From Octopus vulgaris (lineage: Eukaryota): 64,000 bases of DNA. How positions within the stretch are numbered: the stretch's first letter is position 1; each line of letters begins with the position of its first letter. The position numbers were made by a program, and so were the translations under genes. Shown here piece after piece: positions 12,726 to 26,283 of the stretch. A model generated the notes under the pieces. It ran no database searches and was not told where the DNA came from. It saw nothing but the letters and a program-made list of their open reading frames with translations. Where the stretch lies: NCBI GenBank assembly GCA_951406725.2, contig OX597831.1, forward strand, positions 31,434,001 through 31,498,000. The letters are read 5' to 3'.

Positions 12726-12811
12726 AGAGTTCGTTTACGAGTAAAACATGATGCGAAGCAACTGTGAAGTGCGCTACGGTGGAGTAGGTGGCCGAATATG
12801 AGAAACGTACC

Positions 12812-12856
12812 ATGAACGATGAACAAGTTATGGACTCTGGACATCACGAAAATCAG
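12812..12856 (+). other. Candidate first coding exon (MNDEQVMDSGHHENQ) of an unidentified transcript
   Basis: ACCATGA start context and CAG|GTAGGA donor in non-repetitive, CpG-retaining sequence. No homology recognised. Confidence 0.25.
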
Positions 12857-14904
12857 GTAGGACTGTTATATAAATAAATATATACACGGATGGTATCTTT
12901 ATGCACCTATGCACACACACACACCTATCTATTATACTTTATCTATGTAGTGCGTGTGTGTCTAAGGAGAACCTGTAACTAAATGTAGTTGTTCCTTGTT
13001 GACTTACTAATGCCTACCCTAATAATTTACTGCTGCATTGTTTATTTATCCTTAAGAGTTTATACCATCAGAACATAGACTCTTAAAGTGTGTGTGTATA
13101 TATATATATATAATACATTCACCTTTATACACTCGCTTCGCACATTTACACACGCATATATGTATGTGTTTGTGTGTATATATATATATATATATATATA
13201 CGGATAGCATGATTGTGATAAATTGTAAATATTACACGGCAAAACTGAAAGCTGGATATGTGTTTATCAAAAATTCGCATGTAAATATATTTACAACTTA
13301 CTTGCCAACCCTCTCTCTCCCTGTCATACACACACACACACACACACGCATCATATATACAGGTAGTCTGCTACATTTTGGTATTGGTGCTTCCGTCAGT
13401 ATTGGGCTTACTTTAGCAAACTGTTGCTACAATCAGTCTTCTGGTTCCCACCGCTCACCATTTCCTCAATATTTTTCCGTCTACACACTGTTTATTCTCT
13501 GAGACTACACGAATGATGGTTCTTCATCTCTTCGTTACTATAATCACACACACACACGCAAACATATACCTGTGTGTCTGTTTATATAGATATTATTGTT
13601 ATTATTCCTTGATTAATTTCGATCATGCTGGGCCATTCCATCCAAGAGTTTTTGACATAGCAATCTTTCTCTATACCCACTCTATTATATAGAGGCAATA
13701 CAATATACATACACACACACACGCACGCACAAAGAGGAAAGACGTGTGTGTGTGTTCATGTGTGTATATATATACATGAAGTTTATATGTAATAATTTGT
13801 GGTTTGGCCCCAGGTCAACGCTGATATCGAATATACTTATTGATCAAGAACACTCCAAAAAATTATCCTCTCGTCGTTTAGGGCCCTGTAGAACTAAACA
13901 CTAGAAGGTATTATAGTTTCAATGAGATATTTGGTTGCTATTTCTAGCAGTCTGAACTACCATGAAAGATGTTCCGCTCCTTAACTCGCCCTATCCATAT
14001 GTAATAAATTAATTAGCCTTGTGTAATTATGTCACATAGTTAGGCTACAGGGTTTTGTTTTTCACAGCCTAGAATGAGGGACTGAACTAAACGATTTCGC
14101 CATTCTTATGATTCTTTAGAATTCGTTTAATGTGTGCGTGCGTGTGTATTCACATTATGCAACATATACTTTTTGTTTGTGTATATATAGAATGCCATTC
14201 TTCATTTTGACTCTATTCTATTGCTTTGAACGTCACAGTATAGCAGCCCCTTCACGAAATATCCTAGGTTTCATTGCTCTCCATAACACGCTTAGAAGGG
14301 TTTATTAAAAAAATTAATTTATACTATGTATTTCTATTTAAAGTATATGAAAGCTAAGGCGTATACACTCCTTAAAGGTCGTGGTGGTCACGCATGGAAT
14401 GCCTTTCATCATAGTTGCTTGCTCAATCAAGGTTTGACTCGGGGCTAAACATCAACACAGCGAGAGATGTGTAAACTTACTATAATAAACGGTCCCTTGC
14501 AGCACTCAGACTCCGCTCTCCTTCTTCTTCTCTCTCTCATTATGTTATCACTCTCTCTATCTCTTCCTCCTCTCTGTTTCACTATCTATCTTTTTCTATT
14601 CCTCTCTGTATATCATCATCTCTCTCTCTCTCTCTATCTATCTATATATATATATATAATCACCATCTCTCTTTTTCTCTCTACGCTGCCATCTCTCCCT
14701 TTATGTCACTCTCAATATGTCACCACCTCTTCTACCTTTTTATCGCCCCCTCCCTTTCTATGTTTCTCTTTCTCCAATTCTCAGACATGTTTATTTGCAG
14801 AGTTCACTGAGGAACAGTAAACACTGTTTTATTACCAAGCCATTCCATAACTCCGCCTGGCTTTCCATCTATCCATTTATTCACATATATATCTATATAA
14901 AAGA

Positions 14905-15043
14905 GAATCTATCTGTCTATCTATTTCTCTGTCTATCTATCTATCTATCTCTCTTTCTATCTATCTATCTATCTGTCTATCTCTCTGTCTATCTATCTAT
15001 CTCTCTGGCTATCTATCTATCTCTCTGTCTATCTATCTCTCTG

Positions 15044-15082
<39 letters not shown>

Positions 15083-15243
15083 CTCTGTCTACCTATCTAT
15101 CTATCTCTCTGTCTACCTATCTATCTATCTCTCTGTCTGTCTACCTATCTCTCTGTCTACCTATCTATCTGTCTCTCTGTCTACCTATCTGTCTGTCTAT
15201 CTATCTGTCTGTCTATCTATCTGTCTATCTATCTATCTGTCTA
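14905..15243. repeat. (TCTA/TCTG)n compound microsatellite
   Basis: Seen directly. It explains ORF 14717-15244. Confidence 0.95.
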
Positions 15244-18200
15244 ATCACGTTTCTTCTTTGGCCAAACTTCTAAATTACAGTCAAATTTTCCTAAATATTT
15301 AACCCGGCGTGTAACTTCCAGCTTAAATAATGTTTTTTCCTTTTTTTTTTTGTTTATTTGTTATGCTACTTTCAATATTGAATACTGTTTTTCTGTATTG
15401 AAGTATTTGCCATGAAGTGTCTACATGTATAATACACACAGAGAAAAAATATGTGTATATATGTCTCTCTCTGTGTGTGTGTATAATATCTATATATGTG
15501 TATGTGTACACACATACGCACAAGTGTAAATGTAAGGTATATAATCTCCAATTATCTGACCATGAATCTATCCGATTAAATGTCTGCACGTCCAAGTGTG
15601 TATGTATGTGTGTGTGTATGCATGCGTGCGCGAGGTACTTGTCTTTATAAATGACAATATATTCTTGTCGGTAGGTGTTAGTATTATTATGCTCGTGTCC
15701 ACGCGTTCTCTATGAAAGCCTCTTCGAAGCAGCTGGCACTTTCACTTGGCTATTATTATAACCACTACTCTCAATAGTTATTTCACTGTTTCGAGGAATA
15801 TACTGGACAGAATTCCAGAGTTGTAAGCACAGCAACACATCTTTACCTTATGCTGTTTAAACATGACCTGGGCCAGTAGTGGTCAAATCTTATCTTATAT
15901 CTAAGTCATAAAACCCTTGATCCTTTCTATAATTATAATCCCTCTTTTCCCGCTTGTTCCTTCTCTCTCTTTTTCTTTTTCTCTTTCGTATTTGCTGTTG
16001 TGACGATACAAAGAATTTATAGATTTGTGTTCATGTAGATTGTGTATGTTTATGCGCATGTATGCATGTGTAGTGTATATATATATATATAGCGAGAGAG
16101 ATAGATGTGCTTAACTTTGAGTGGCTGTATAAACAATGTGTAGATGAGTTTCATGGCTGGAGGAGAAATGAACTCGAAATAACTGAAAAGGAAACTCTAT
16201 GAATACAGCATTACACTAGAATATACCTGTAGTGTGTATGTGAGAGACAGAGACAGGCTGTTGGATGTAGGTTGACGGTGGCATGGATGGATTGGGGGTG
16301 TTGGTTTCGTGGCTGGAGGGAAAACGTGTGTGATGAGTGAATTCTAGAAAATGTAGGTTGGTAGGCATCATGATGTAGGCGGAGAGAGAGATACTGAGAC
16401 ATTCAGACAGACAGGTAGGTAGGTAGATAATGGACCAGACAGTTAGAATTAACGGGGAGTAGCTCGTTGACCATCCTTTAACACCCACTTTTCTCAAATT
16501 GATTTTTGTACAACATGACTGTTTACTTTTTCAGACGGAAGAATCACAGGTTGTTCACCTGAAGAATCTCCCGTTTCCTTTGATAGACTTTGCTAGTGGG
16601 GGGGGACTGTTCTTGAGGTAGAATAATCTAAGGGTAACGATTCCACAACAGTCCTCCACCAAAGCCCTCGCCGCCACCACCATCATCATCATCATCATCA
16701 TCACTTCTAATCAGGATAACCTCTACGTTGTTGCTCGCTTTGTAAGAAATAGCAGTCAAGTTCCCCCCATCCTCAAATCATACTCTATCGTCTTAAATAG
16801 GAAAGAGATATGGGAACGTAGTTCTTGACATAAAAACGAGACGATCACGGTTGGAACGCCTTTGATCAGGGCTATTCAAGGGGCTAAACACCACCACTGT
16901 CACTACTGTAGCTCATACTACGTACATACTAAATTTTACAGTATCATCATCTATATAATTATGGTAGTTTCTGTTAATTTTGGTACACACTATATTTTAT
17001 TTTTATTTTCTTTCATGATCTTTGTGGCCAATATAGAAAGAATTATAAACTTTTACAATAAATGCGCTGTGTGTATATAAATGTCATGTATGTATGTATG
17101 TATGTATGTATGTATAAAGATATTTCCGTAAAATTTTTCTCATTTCTGGAATTTCCTTGGTTTAATCCACGCCTCTCGTTTTATACTTATAGATGTGTGT
17201 GAGAGAGAGAGCGAGAATTTAATCCTAAGCTATTTTTTCCTGTAAATAGCCAGTTCCAATAATGAGCGACGTAATTTCCCCGTGTTTGCCGTCTCGTTTC
17301 CATTATCACTCCAAGACCTTTTTGCTCTACTATTAACCAAACGTCGTTAGAGAAAGGTCCCTGGTGCCTTATTTAAGGACTGCGACATTATCACTATAGG
17401 GCCTTCTCCGACCTTGTAACTTTCTTTTATTTGTGTGTGTAGTGTGAGTTGCTGGTGTTGTTGTTTTTGCTCCAAGTCCGTCCTGATTAAACAAACCTAT
17501 GGTTTAAGATGTTCCAGTCATAAACAGCCTGTCTTTTTAAAGAATAGTCTGTCGAGGATTTCACGACCAATTGCGTCAACCTTTAAGATTAAGACCATAA
17601 GGTATGGTTTGAGGAAGATTTGATCGCTGTTTCTACTACCCCTATTGTTAGTGTTGTTTAACCCCAGGTCAGCTCTACTCGAGCTAACCTATGACGTTCC
17701 GGCCTCGACCATCCTAGATTCTTTTCTTTTTTTTTGCATGTGTATCAAGGATTACAGTGTCCACTATGTTCTTCATTTGAAATGGTTTTAGCGTTATCCG
17801 AGGGAGATTTTGGCTGCTGTTTCTAGAAGATGAGACATCAGCATAGAGATATCTTCGTTGGCTTTTTCAGTGAGGGTTGTTGTTATCGTTGGGAAATATA
17901 ATAAATAATAAGTTATTTATCGGGGACAACATTTGATATTATTTAGCGTGAGGGAGAGGAAGTATTGGCGTCGAGATCTGCGAGGAGAGACGTGTGGCTG
18001 TAAATGATGTTTGGTTAGAGAAGGAAACCAAGGATTAGTTTGGCATCAACTGAAAGTTAGTCTTCGTGTGGGCCTCATTCACACTACAACAACCACCATC
18101 CAAGATCTGTTCTGCGTTTTCTCGTCCTAGTTTCTATCACTGCTCTAAATTCCTCTCAAGTAACCAACACCATGGTGACCCCAAGCTCACCCAAATACAC

Positions 18201-18249
18201 TCGTCTTTCTCTTTGTCATTCCTATTGACAAATTTATAATCAACTTAAC

Positions 18250-18468
18250 CCTTTAGTTTTCAAATTAATATGTCAGAAGAGATCCTTATTCATTTACATT
18301 TTAAAAAATTAACCTGGTATTATCTTGTAGCATCAAGATTTGAAAGATGTAATTGTTTATTTTTAGAATGACATTGCAGGGTAGGTGTGAGATACTGGTT
18401 CTGGCCAGTTTGAGCATAAAATGAGTAGAATATATGGGCCGGATATAGCCGGTTTAAACACTAAAGGA
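18250..18468. mobile_element. TTAA-flanked MITE (piggyBac-like ends)
   Basis: TTAA-CCCTTTAGT ... ACTAAAGGA-TTAA. Internal sequence is shared with copies near 22170-22806, 33464-33795 and 34875-35071. Confidence 0.8.
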
Positions 18469-19749
18469 TTAAATGACATTCAATATGTTATTGGCTTTTT
18501 TTTTTTTATTATTGATCCCACAGTGATGAAATGTGAAGTGGTTCTCAGTATGATTTGAACACTAAACTGAAAATTTTATCGGTCCTATCATTTATCAATC
18601 TGCATATTACCTCAATACATCAGACTAATATAGACACAATGAGATACCTTTATCTATAGGCTGAAACAGCTGTAAGATCCATTTTATGTGTATTATTTTT
18701 ATGGTATTATCTTACTTATTGATGTATATTGTTTTATTATGTTGGATTTGAATGTTCCTATTTAAGTAGTTAATAAATAATATGAATTGGTAATATCTGT
18801 AAGTCGATGATTGTAAAGTTTGAAATTATGGAGAAAAACAAATGAAAGAATTTGATAATCTTTTACTATTGTTTAAACATTAATGGACAGAATATATCTA
18901 TGTTGAAAGGCATTCCATTCATGGCCATCCTGTCTTTTTAGTAGGTATATAGGACTACATTATCTCATGCTTTGCTTCCTTATTGAAGACGGTTGGAGGG
19001 AAATTTGACTACTATTTCTTACTGGTTGAGTGACCACATAGAAGCTTTTATGATTCAGTATATAAAAATTGACTGCTGGGTGAGAAGAGGAAAAATTTTC
19101 AGAGGAAGAACTTCCAAGCGTTTTGACCTGTTAGATCCTGACACTCTAAGGGAGTTGGGCCCACCTGGGTCATAACTCCTAGGTGTCCTGTTACTGGTTT
19201 CGAAATGTTGCCTTTAGTGGAGGATTGAACCCATGCAGTACTTTCTGACTTCAGATAGCTTGGAAGAAATTTAGCTGTTATTTCTTACTGGTCAAGCAAC
19301 CATGCTGAAGCTTACTTTATGATTTGGTTAATTGATTAAGAGGTGAAGACCACAAAGGGAGTGGCTCGTGATCAACAAGCATAAAGGAATGGACACAGAT
19401 GATGGTGATGATGATGGGAAACATGATGTTGGCTGATAAGAGGGAAGAAGAAGGTTGCATCTCTTGTGCACCTATAACCTTATCTAGGCATATACATGTG
19501 ATTGATTCGTTGATTGATTGGCATGGAGATACTCTTCGAGTTTTTGTTTTGATCCAAAGTTATCCATTTCCTCTCCTGTATCCAGGAAACCCATTCCATT
19601 CTTTGATTTTATTGATGCCATCTAGTTTCAGTTTGATCATTGTGTCATGTAAACATTCTCAGTCCATTTCACTACAGCTAATCGGCCTTCACTTTCTTTG
19701 TTTATACATTCTCTCAACAACAGGGACGAGCTTATTTACACACATACAC

Positions 19750-20160
19750 ACAGGAGTGGCTGTGTGGTAAGTAGCTTGCTTACCAACCACATGGTTCTGG
19801 GTTCAGTCCTACTGCGTAGCACCTTGGGCAAGTGTCTTCTACTATAGCCACGGGCCGACCAAGGCCTTGTGAGTGGATTTGGTAGATGGAAACTGAAGGA
19901 AGCCTGTCGTATATATGTATATATATATATGCATGTATGTATATGTTTGTGTGTCTGTGTTTGTCCCCCCCCACCACCATCACTTGACAACTGATGGTGG
20001 TGTGTTTACGTCCCCGTAACTTAGCGGTTTGGCAAAAGAGACCGAGAATAAGTACTAGGCTTACAAAGAATAAGTCCAGGGGTCGATTTGCTCGACTAAA
20101 GGCGGTGCTCCAGCATGGCCACAGTCAAATGACTGAAACAAGTAAAAGAGTAAAATAGAG
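19750..20160 (+). mobile_element. SINE family A, full length
   Basis: Complete head and tail. Confidence 0.9.
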
Positions 20161-20519
20161 TATATATGTACACAGATATACACTCAGGCAAATGAAATGG
20201 TTTATTTATTTCATATATATATATATATGTGTGTGTATATATAATATACATACATAATTAAACAAATGAAATAGTTTCTCATCCCATATCCACACAAAAG
20301 CAAGGTCTGGAAGACGCACAATGTGACAACACACCTTTGAGGCAAGTCTGATGAAGTGCTTCTCTAATGTCTAAAACCATAAACATTATGTAAATTTTCA
20401 CTTCAACTTTTTGTGTAAACTGGTGTTGCAAATAGAGTTGGCACAGAAACAATTGTAATGAATCATTAAAGGTGTGTTAAAGAATTTTCTTTGTCTTCTT
20501 ACCATTTGTGCGCGTATAT

Positions 20520-20618
20520 ATATATATTTATAGGTGCTTATATACACACACACATATATATATATATATATAGGTGCTTATATACACACACACATATATA
20601 TATATATGTATAGGTGCT

Positions 20619-20659
<41 letters not shown>

Positions 20660-20672
20660 TTATAGGTGCTAA
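20520..20672. repeat. Minisatellite: four TATAGGTGCT(T/A)A units separated by (CA)n(TA)n
   Basis: Seen directly. Confidence 0.9.
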
Positions 20673-20772
20673 TATATATATACAGTAGAACCTTGGTATT
20701 CAAATAACTCTGATCACAAATAAATCATACTTTATCTCATATAAATCATGCTTTATATATATCTACATCTAT

Positions 20773-20825
<53 letters not shown>

Positions 20826-21144
20826 AAAGCACGATTTATTCCATAAATACCATAAATACTTAATATTGAATCTTATTTATTCATTCCAATTATGAATGTT
20901 TAATAATTGAATACTGTGAGTGAAAATCACTGGGGTTTTTTTTGTTGTTTTTTTCAACCTTAGCGAAGTATCATATAAAATGATTTTTTGTTTTAATCTT
21001 GGAATTATGTGGCTTTTGATTTACTGTCGGGTGACTTTTGGCCAACCCTGGATATATATATATATATAATAATAATATTAGGGAGTAAATCCAAACTTAC
21101 AAGGGAAAATTAGATTTAGGATTAAATCCAATTTTATAGTATAA

Positions 21145-21283
21145 ATATATATTATATTAAATTAGAGATAAAACCACTATTAGGCAAATTTTTTAATTAA
21201 TTTTTTTCTATGTATTGGCTTATGATTTTCACTTTTTGATTTGCCTAATAGTGGTTTTATCTCTAATTTAATATAATATATAT
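21145..21283. repeat. Perfect 45-bp inverted repeat with 49-bp spacer
   Basis: ATATATATTATATTAAATTAGAGATAAAACCACTATTAGGCAAAT at 21145-21189 and its reverse complement at 21239-21283. Confidence 0.92.
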
Positions 21284-22169
21284 ATATGTGTGTGTGTGTG
21301 TATATAGATAGATAGATAGATGTTTATATATATGTGTGGGTGTGTGCATATATATGCACACATGTTTGTGCGTGTTTTTATATATAGATAGGTAAATAGA
21401 TACATATATAACATAAACAAATGAAATTATTTATACACACGCAAATGAGATATATATATATATATAGTTGCGTACATTCAGAATATTCTATGTTTAATTC
21501 TTTTGTAGTTTCCTTTAACTGTTTATTTCCTTCCGTTGAACCACTTGAGAAATATCTTAACTGTGTGTGTGTGTGTGTGTTGTTGTTGTTACTGATTTGG
21601 CCCCCTAGGTCAGCCCTGGTCCAGCCAGTCTATGATCAAATATAATCTGATCATGACCATCCTGTATTTGTTCAGACATGACATATATCTAGAAATACCT
21701 TATTAGATGTGTCCTGTTTTTTTTTTCTTTTGAAGACTGACATGGTGTGGTGTGGTGTGGTAAGAGATTTGGTTGTCATTTCTGGCAGATCAAACAATCA
21801 CATAGAGGCTTGTGTGAATGTGCGTGTGTCTTGTATCTTCTCCTAACCAACAAACCCAGGTAAACAGGTGGTACAACTGGAAGCTGATCAAAGAATCATT
21901 AGATCAATATTCTAATAACTGAAGGAGATTGCTCAGAGACGCCATCTGCTTGAAGAGTAGCAGTCAAGTTCATGTCATTCTAATTTCCCTGGATAATTAT
22001 GGTAATTTTTGACACCTACAAATATATGTGAGTAAACAGCGATTGCAATGTCACTATTTTGACAAGTATAGAGAATGCTGTATTTTGGTAATGAGGGCCA
22101 TTAACGCTCAAACATACACACAGGCACACATTCTGATGCTAGCACCGCACACCGCCAATAAATAATGGC

Positions 22170-22482
22170 TTAATCCATTAAGCATTTGGATTATTCTGTC
22201 AAACGTAATCCTTACTTATTCACATCATTTAAAATTAATTATGCATTATCTTGTAACTTTGAAATTTCAATACTCTTTTTACTCTTTTACTTGTTTCAGT
22301 CATTTGACTGCGGCCATACTGGAGCACCGCCTTTAGTCGATCAAATCGACCCCGGGACTTATTCTTTGTAAGCCCAGTACTTATTCTGTCGGTCTCTTTT
22401 GCCGAACCGCTAAGTGACGGGGACGTAAACACACCAGCATCGGTTGTCAAGCAATGCTAGGGGGACAAACACAGACACACAA

Positions 22483-22513
<31 letters not shown>

Positions 22514-22806
22514 CATATATACGACAGGCTTCTTTCAGTTTCCGTCTACCAAATCCACTCACAAGGCATTGGTCGGCCTGGGGCTATAGCAGAAGACACT
22601 TGCCCAAGATGCCACGCAGTGGGAATGAACCCGGAACCATGTGGTTGGTTAGCAAGCTACTTACCACACAGCCACTCCTGCGCCTATTGTTTATTTTTAA
22701 AATGACTCTGTAGGGAAGGTGCAAAAGTCCCAATCTGGCCTGTCTGTTAATAAAACGGGTAGAATTTTGGAGCTGGACATGACCAGTTTAAATACTACAG
22801 GGTTAA
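22170..22806. mobile_element. TTAA MITE interrupted by a full-length family A SINE (22273-22685, minus strand)
   Basis: The MITE left half ends ...TTGAAATTTCAA and resumes ATTGTTTATTTTTAAAATGAC after the SINE. It ends GGG-TTAA. Confidence 0.8.
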
Positions 22807-23633
22807 ATAAACAAAAATATCAACAGTCTGCATGCTTGCTGATTACCATGGGAGTTGAGGGATATTTGGTTGTTATTACCAGCAGGTCAAAGAATCATAG
22901 AATGGCATCATGAACAGTATTCTGTGTGTGTATGTGTGCGTCTGCACACATTATGCTGTACATATGTGTATTGTGTTATGTTTGTGTGTAAACTTAAATT
23001 GTGTGGTTATTTGTGTATGTATGTGTATGTTGTGTGTACATGTTTGTGGTGTGTTTGGTTAAACATGTGATGTGTATACATGTGCATGCATGTGTGTGAT
23101 TGATTGTAGCTATTTTGGTATGTGGCCATCTGTATGAGTCAGTATAACTGAGAGAGAGAGGGAGGAGAGGAGGGGGCATAAAGAACCAAGAAATGCCACA
23201 TGAAATCCACATGAATGCATTCAGTACCACAAGCACACATAACACAATACACATGCATACTCAAATGTCCCTACATAAACTACACACACATACAAAAATA
23301 TGCACATACATGTACACATACATGGAACATGACACAAACACACATATACACTTTATGCACACACATACACAAATACAATATTCAATACCTTCACACACAA
23401 AAATCAACAAATGGAACCAAATGTAGCATTTGTAAAAAAAAAAAAAAAAGTGGGGGATAGAAATGTCATCCTTGGAAAAGTGGATCCATCCAGGAATTTG
23501 TATTAAAATATGTAGTTCTTTTATATTTGAACTGACCAAATAGAAACCAAGCCTCAATCACAGAATTTATTTTATTGCCATAGTAGTTCTTCGTTCATTG
23601 GTTTAAAGACAGCCAACAAGGGACACTCTACAT

Positions 23634-23865
23634 CAGTGGTTCTCAACCGTTTTCTGCCTATTTTACTCACATGGACCCCCTTGTCAATTGATGTTTAAAA
23701 AATTCTGTTATTTTTTTATAATTAGATATTATTAGGAATTGTATAAAAAAATTGTTTCGATATTTTGTGTTGAAGAATAACCAATTTATTGCGCATAAGC
23801 TAAAAGACAACAAAATCTTATAATGGAACACTTAGGGTCATATGGTCCCTGGTTGAAAGCCCCTG
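23634..23865. mobile_element. hAT (Charlie/Buster-like) MITE
   Basis: TIRs CAGTGGTTCTCAACC and GGTTGAAAGCCCCTG, with a degenerate 8-bp TSD (CTCTACAT / CTATAC..) with central TA. Second copy at 32821-33094. Confidence 0.8.
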
Positions 23866-23870
23866 CTATA

Positions 23871-24091
23871 CAAAGGGTGGGGTGCTGAAAAGTTCTTGTC
23901 ATTAAGAGTATCACAAAAGGCCTGGTTGGCGGCCCAACCTTCTGAGTTCTTTTACAAGGCTTAGAAAAATTGAAGAACCACAGCAATAAGTGTGTGAATC
24001 TGAGAGAGAAATATGTTGAGTAAAATCGTAATTAACTGATCCTCCTATATTTTCTTTTACCCAAAGCCAGGAACTTTTCGGCCCCCTCTCG
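23871..24091. mobile_element. Tc1/mariner-type MITE
   Basis: TA-C..AGGG..GGTGCTGAAAAGTTCTTG at left, CCAGGAACTTTTCGGCCCCCTCTCG-TA at right. Confidence 0.75.
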
Positions 24092-24389
24092 TACGTAATC
24101 ACAAGATCTATCTAAAACAGTAGACAACTTTCCCTTAAACCACATACTTCTTCTTCATATATCCCGTTTTGCCCAAGTCACCACATACATTCATCATCTG
24201 TCACGCACACACACAGATGGTTGAGAAACATTGCTTGAGTTCCAATCTTGCCTTTGACCTCCTCTGTTCATTGATAGAATAGATACCAGTAATGTACTGG
24301 GGTTGAATGAGCAGACTGTACCCTTCCATCACTCATGTGATCTGTCAAAAAGAGCATCTTAATTATATGTTGTTATTACTGTTATTGAT

Positions 24390-24890
24390 GAAGGTGGCAA
24401 GCTGGCAGAATCGTTAGCATGCTGGACGAAATGCTTAGTGGTATTTTGCCTGTCACTATGTTCCAAGTTCAAATTCCACTGAGGTTGACTTTGCCTTTCA
24501 TCCTTTCCGGGGGTAGATAAATTAAGTACCAGTGGAGTACTGGTGTCAATGTAATCAACTAGTTTGCCCCCCAAAAATTTGAGGTCTTGTGCCTTTAGTA
24601 GAAAGGATTATTATTATTATTATTGTTGTGAATAAAGAATGATTAATATTATTGTAATTGTTATTATTATTATTATTAAGACATTGAGCTGGCAGAACCA
24701 TTAGCACACCAGGCAGAATGCTTAGTGCCATTTCATCCATCTTTATATTCTGAGTTCAAATTCTGCCGAGGTCGACTGTGCCTGTCATTCTTTTGGGGTC
24801 AATAAAATAAGTTGAAGTCAAGTATGGGGTCAATGTAAACAACTTCCCCTCCCCTCAAAAACTGCTGGCCCTGTGCCAAAATTTAAAACC
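24390..24890 (+). mobile_element. Two tandem family B SINEs separated by (ATT)n
   Basis: Two GCTGGCAGAA..GTTCAAATTC..GAGGT.GAC..TGCCT cores. Confidence 0.8.
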
Positions 24891-25739
24891 ATTGTTATTA
24901 TTATTATTATTAATAATATGGCATCCAATCAGCATTAATTTGTTGCATTAAAGATGCAGATCTTTGTAAATTACTAAAATATAATCCAGGCCAAACTGTG
25001 ACGCAAGTGCGCTGAGGCGTCAGTGTCACTTGAATTGAATGTCCACTTCTTGTGTTAAAATTAGACTTAAACCTCAACAAAGAAATCAATATTATTCTTT
25101 AAATAGATTAATGTAAATAAATTTAAGACTATAAATTATAACTACAACAGTCTGTGTGTGAGAGTGTGTGTAGTCGCACTAATGTACACATATGCACAAG
25201 CATCTACATACATATATATGAGTGTGTGTGTGTGTGTGTGTAAATATATATGTGTGTGTTTGCGCACACATGCATACACACACATATCTATGATATTCAC
25301 CTTTATGAACTGAAATTCTTGTTATTCCTCAAAGATTGGTTGAAAATATTTTCTGGAATTCTCCACAGAATTCTTGCCTTTCATTTGGGTTTACATGTAT
25401 TTCTGGATATATTTCTCTGACAAAATAGTGTGAGAGAAACATAAATAATAATAAACACCCTCCCACGTGTGTATTGTTCATTAAACTATTTGTTAGTAGC
25501 CTTCAAGAATGGTGAGAACCTTGTAGAAGAAACAACAGATTATGTTTTGTAAAAGAGACTGTGATGTTGTCATGGGCAAAATGGTTGAAGAATTACTATT
25601 GTAGTATGTATCTTTTAGCTGTGTTGATTGTATTGTATAGGCACAGGCATGGCTGTGTGGTAAGAAGTTAGCTTCCCAACCACATGGTTCCTGGTTCAGT
25701 CCCACTATGTGGCACCTTGGGCAAGTGTCTTCTGCTAGA

Positions 25740-26283
25740 CATGGGGTTACCAAACTGTGGCTCGTGAGCCAGATCCAGCCCATGAGGTCAGTTCATCCAG
25801 ATTGCTGTCACACTTTACTTTTTGTGTAAGTACCTACAATGACAGTTCATTTACTTCTGGTATGGCATCAGTGTTTGAAACAACTTATGTCTGTGAGCAA
25901 ACATTTTCAAAAGTGAAGAATGTGAAGTCAACACATCGAACGAGGTTGATTGATGAACATTTGAAAGCAATTCTCTTGGTTGGATGCAGCAATTCCAAAG
26001 CAATTATTGATGATATCTTAAAAGCTAAACACCAGTTTCACAAATCTAACTAATCTTTTTTTGCTGCTTAGTTTGTGAGATTCAGATATGTGCACACTGG
26101 GTGTGATATAATTATCTTATTGCTAATGTCACCTTCTTTGATAACTTTTTGGTAAATAAATATACTGGTCGTCTTTATTTTTTGTGTATTCACTGTATTG
26201 TATTAAACAAAATGGTTATGCGGCCCATGCTTGTCATTCTCTTGGTTATCTAGCTCACCGTGAAAAAGGTTTGGTGACCCCTG
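25740..26283 (+). mobile_element. Internally deleted hAT transposon (SPIN/Charlie/GTF2IRD2-like) inserted in a family A SINE head
   Basis: TIRs CATGGGGTTACCAAAC and GTTTGGTGACCCCTG, TSD TGCTAGA(C/G). Encodes the hAT C-terminal dimerisation segment SVFETTYVCEQTFSKVKNVKSTHRTRLIDEHLKAIL...HQFHKSN* (about 25860-26053). Confidence 0.9.

Noticed and set aside
20520-20672. CRISPR-like repeat/spacer pattern
   Set aside because: Spacers are simple (CA)/(TA) runs, the context is eukaryotic and there are no cas genes.
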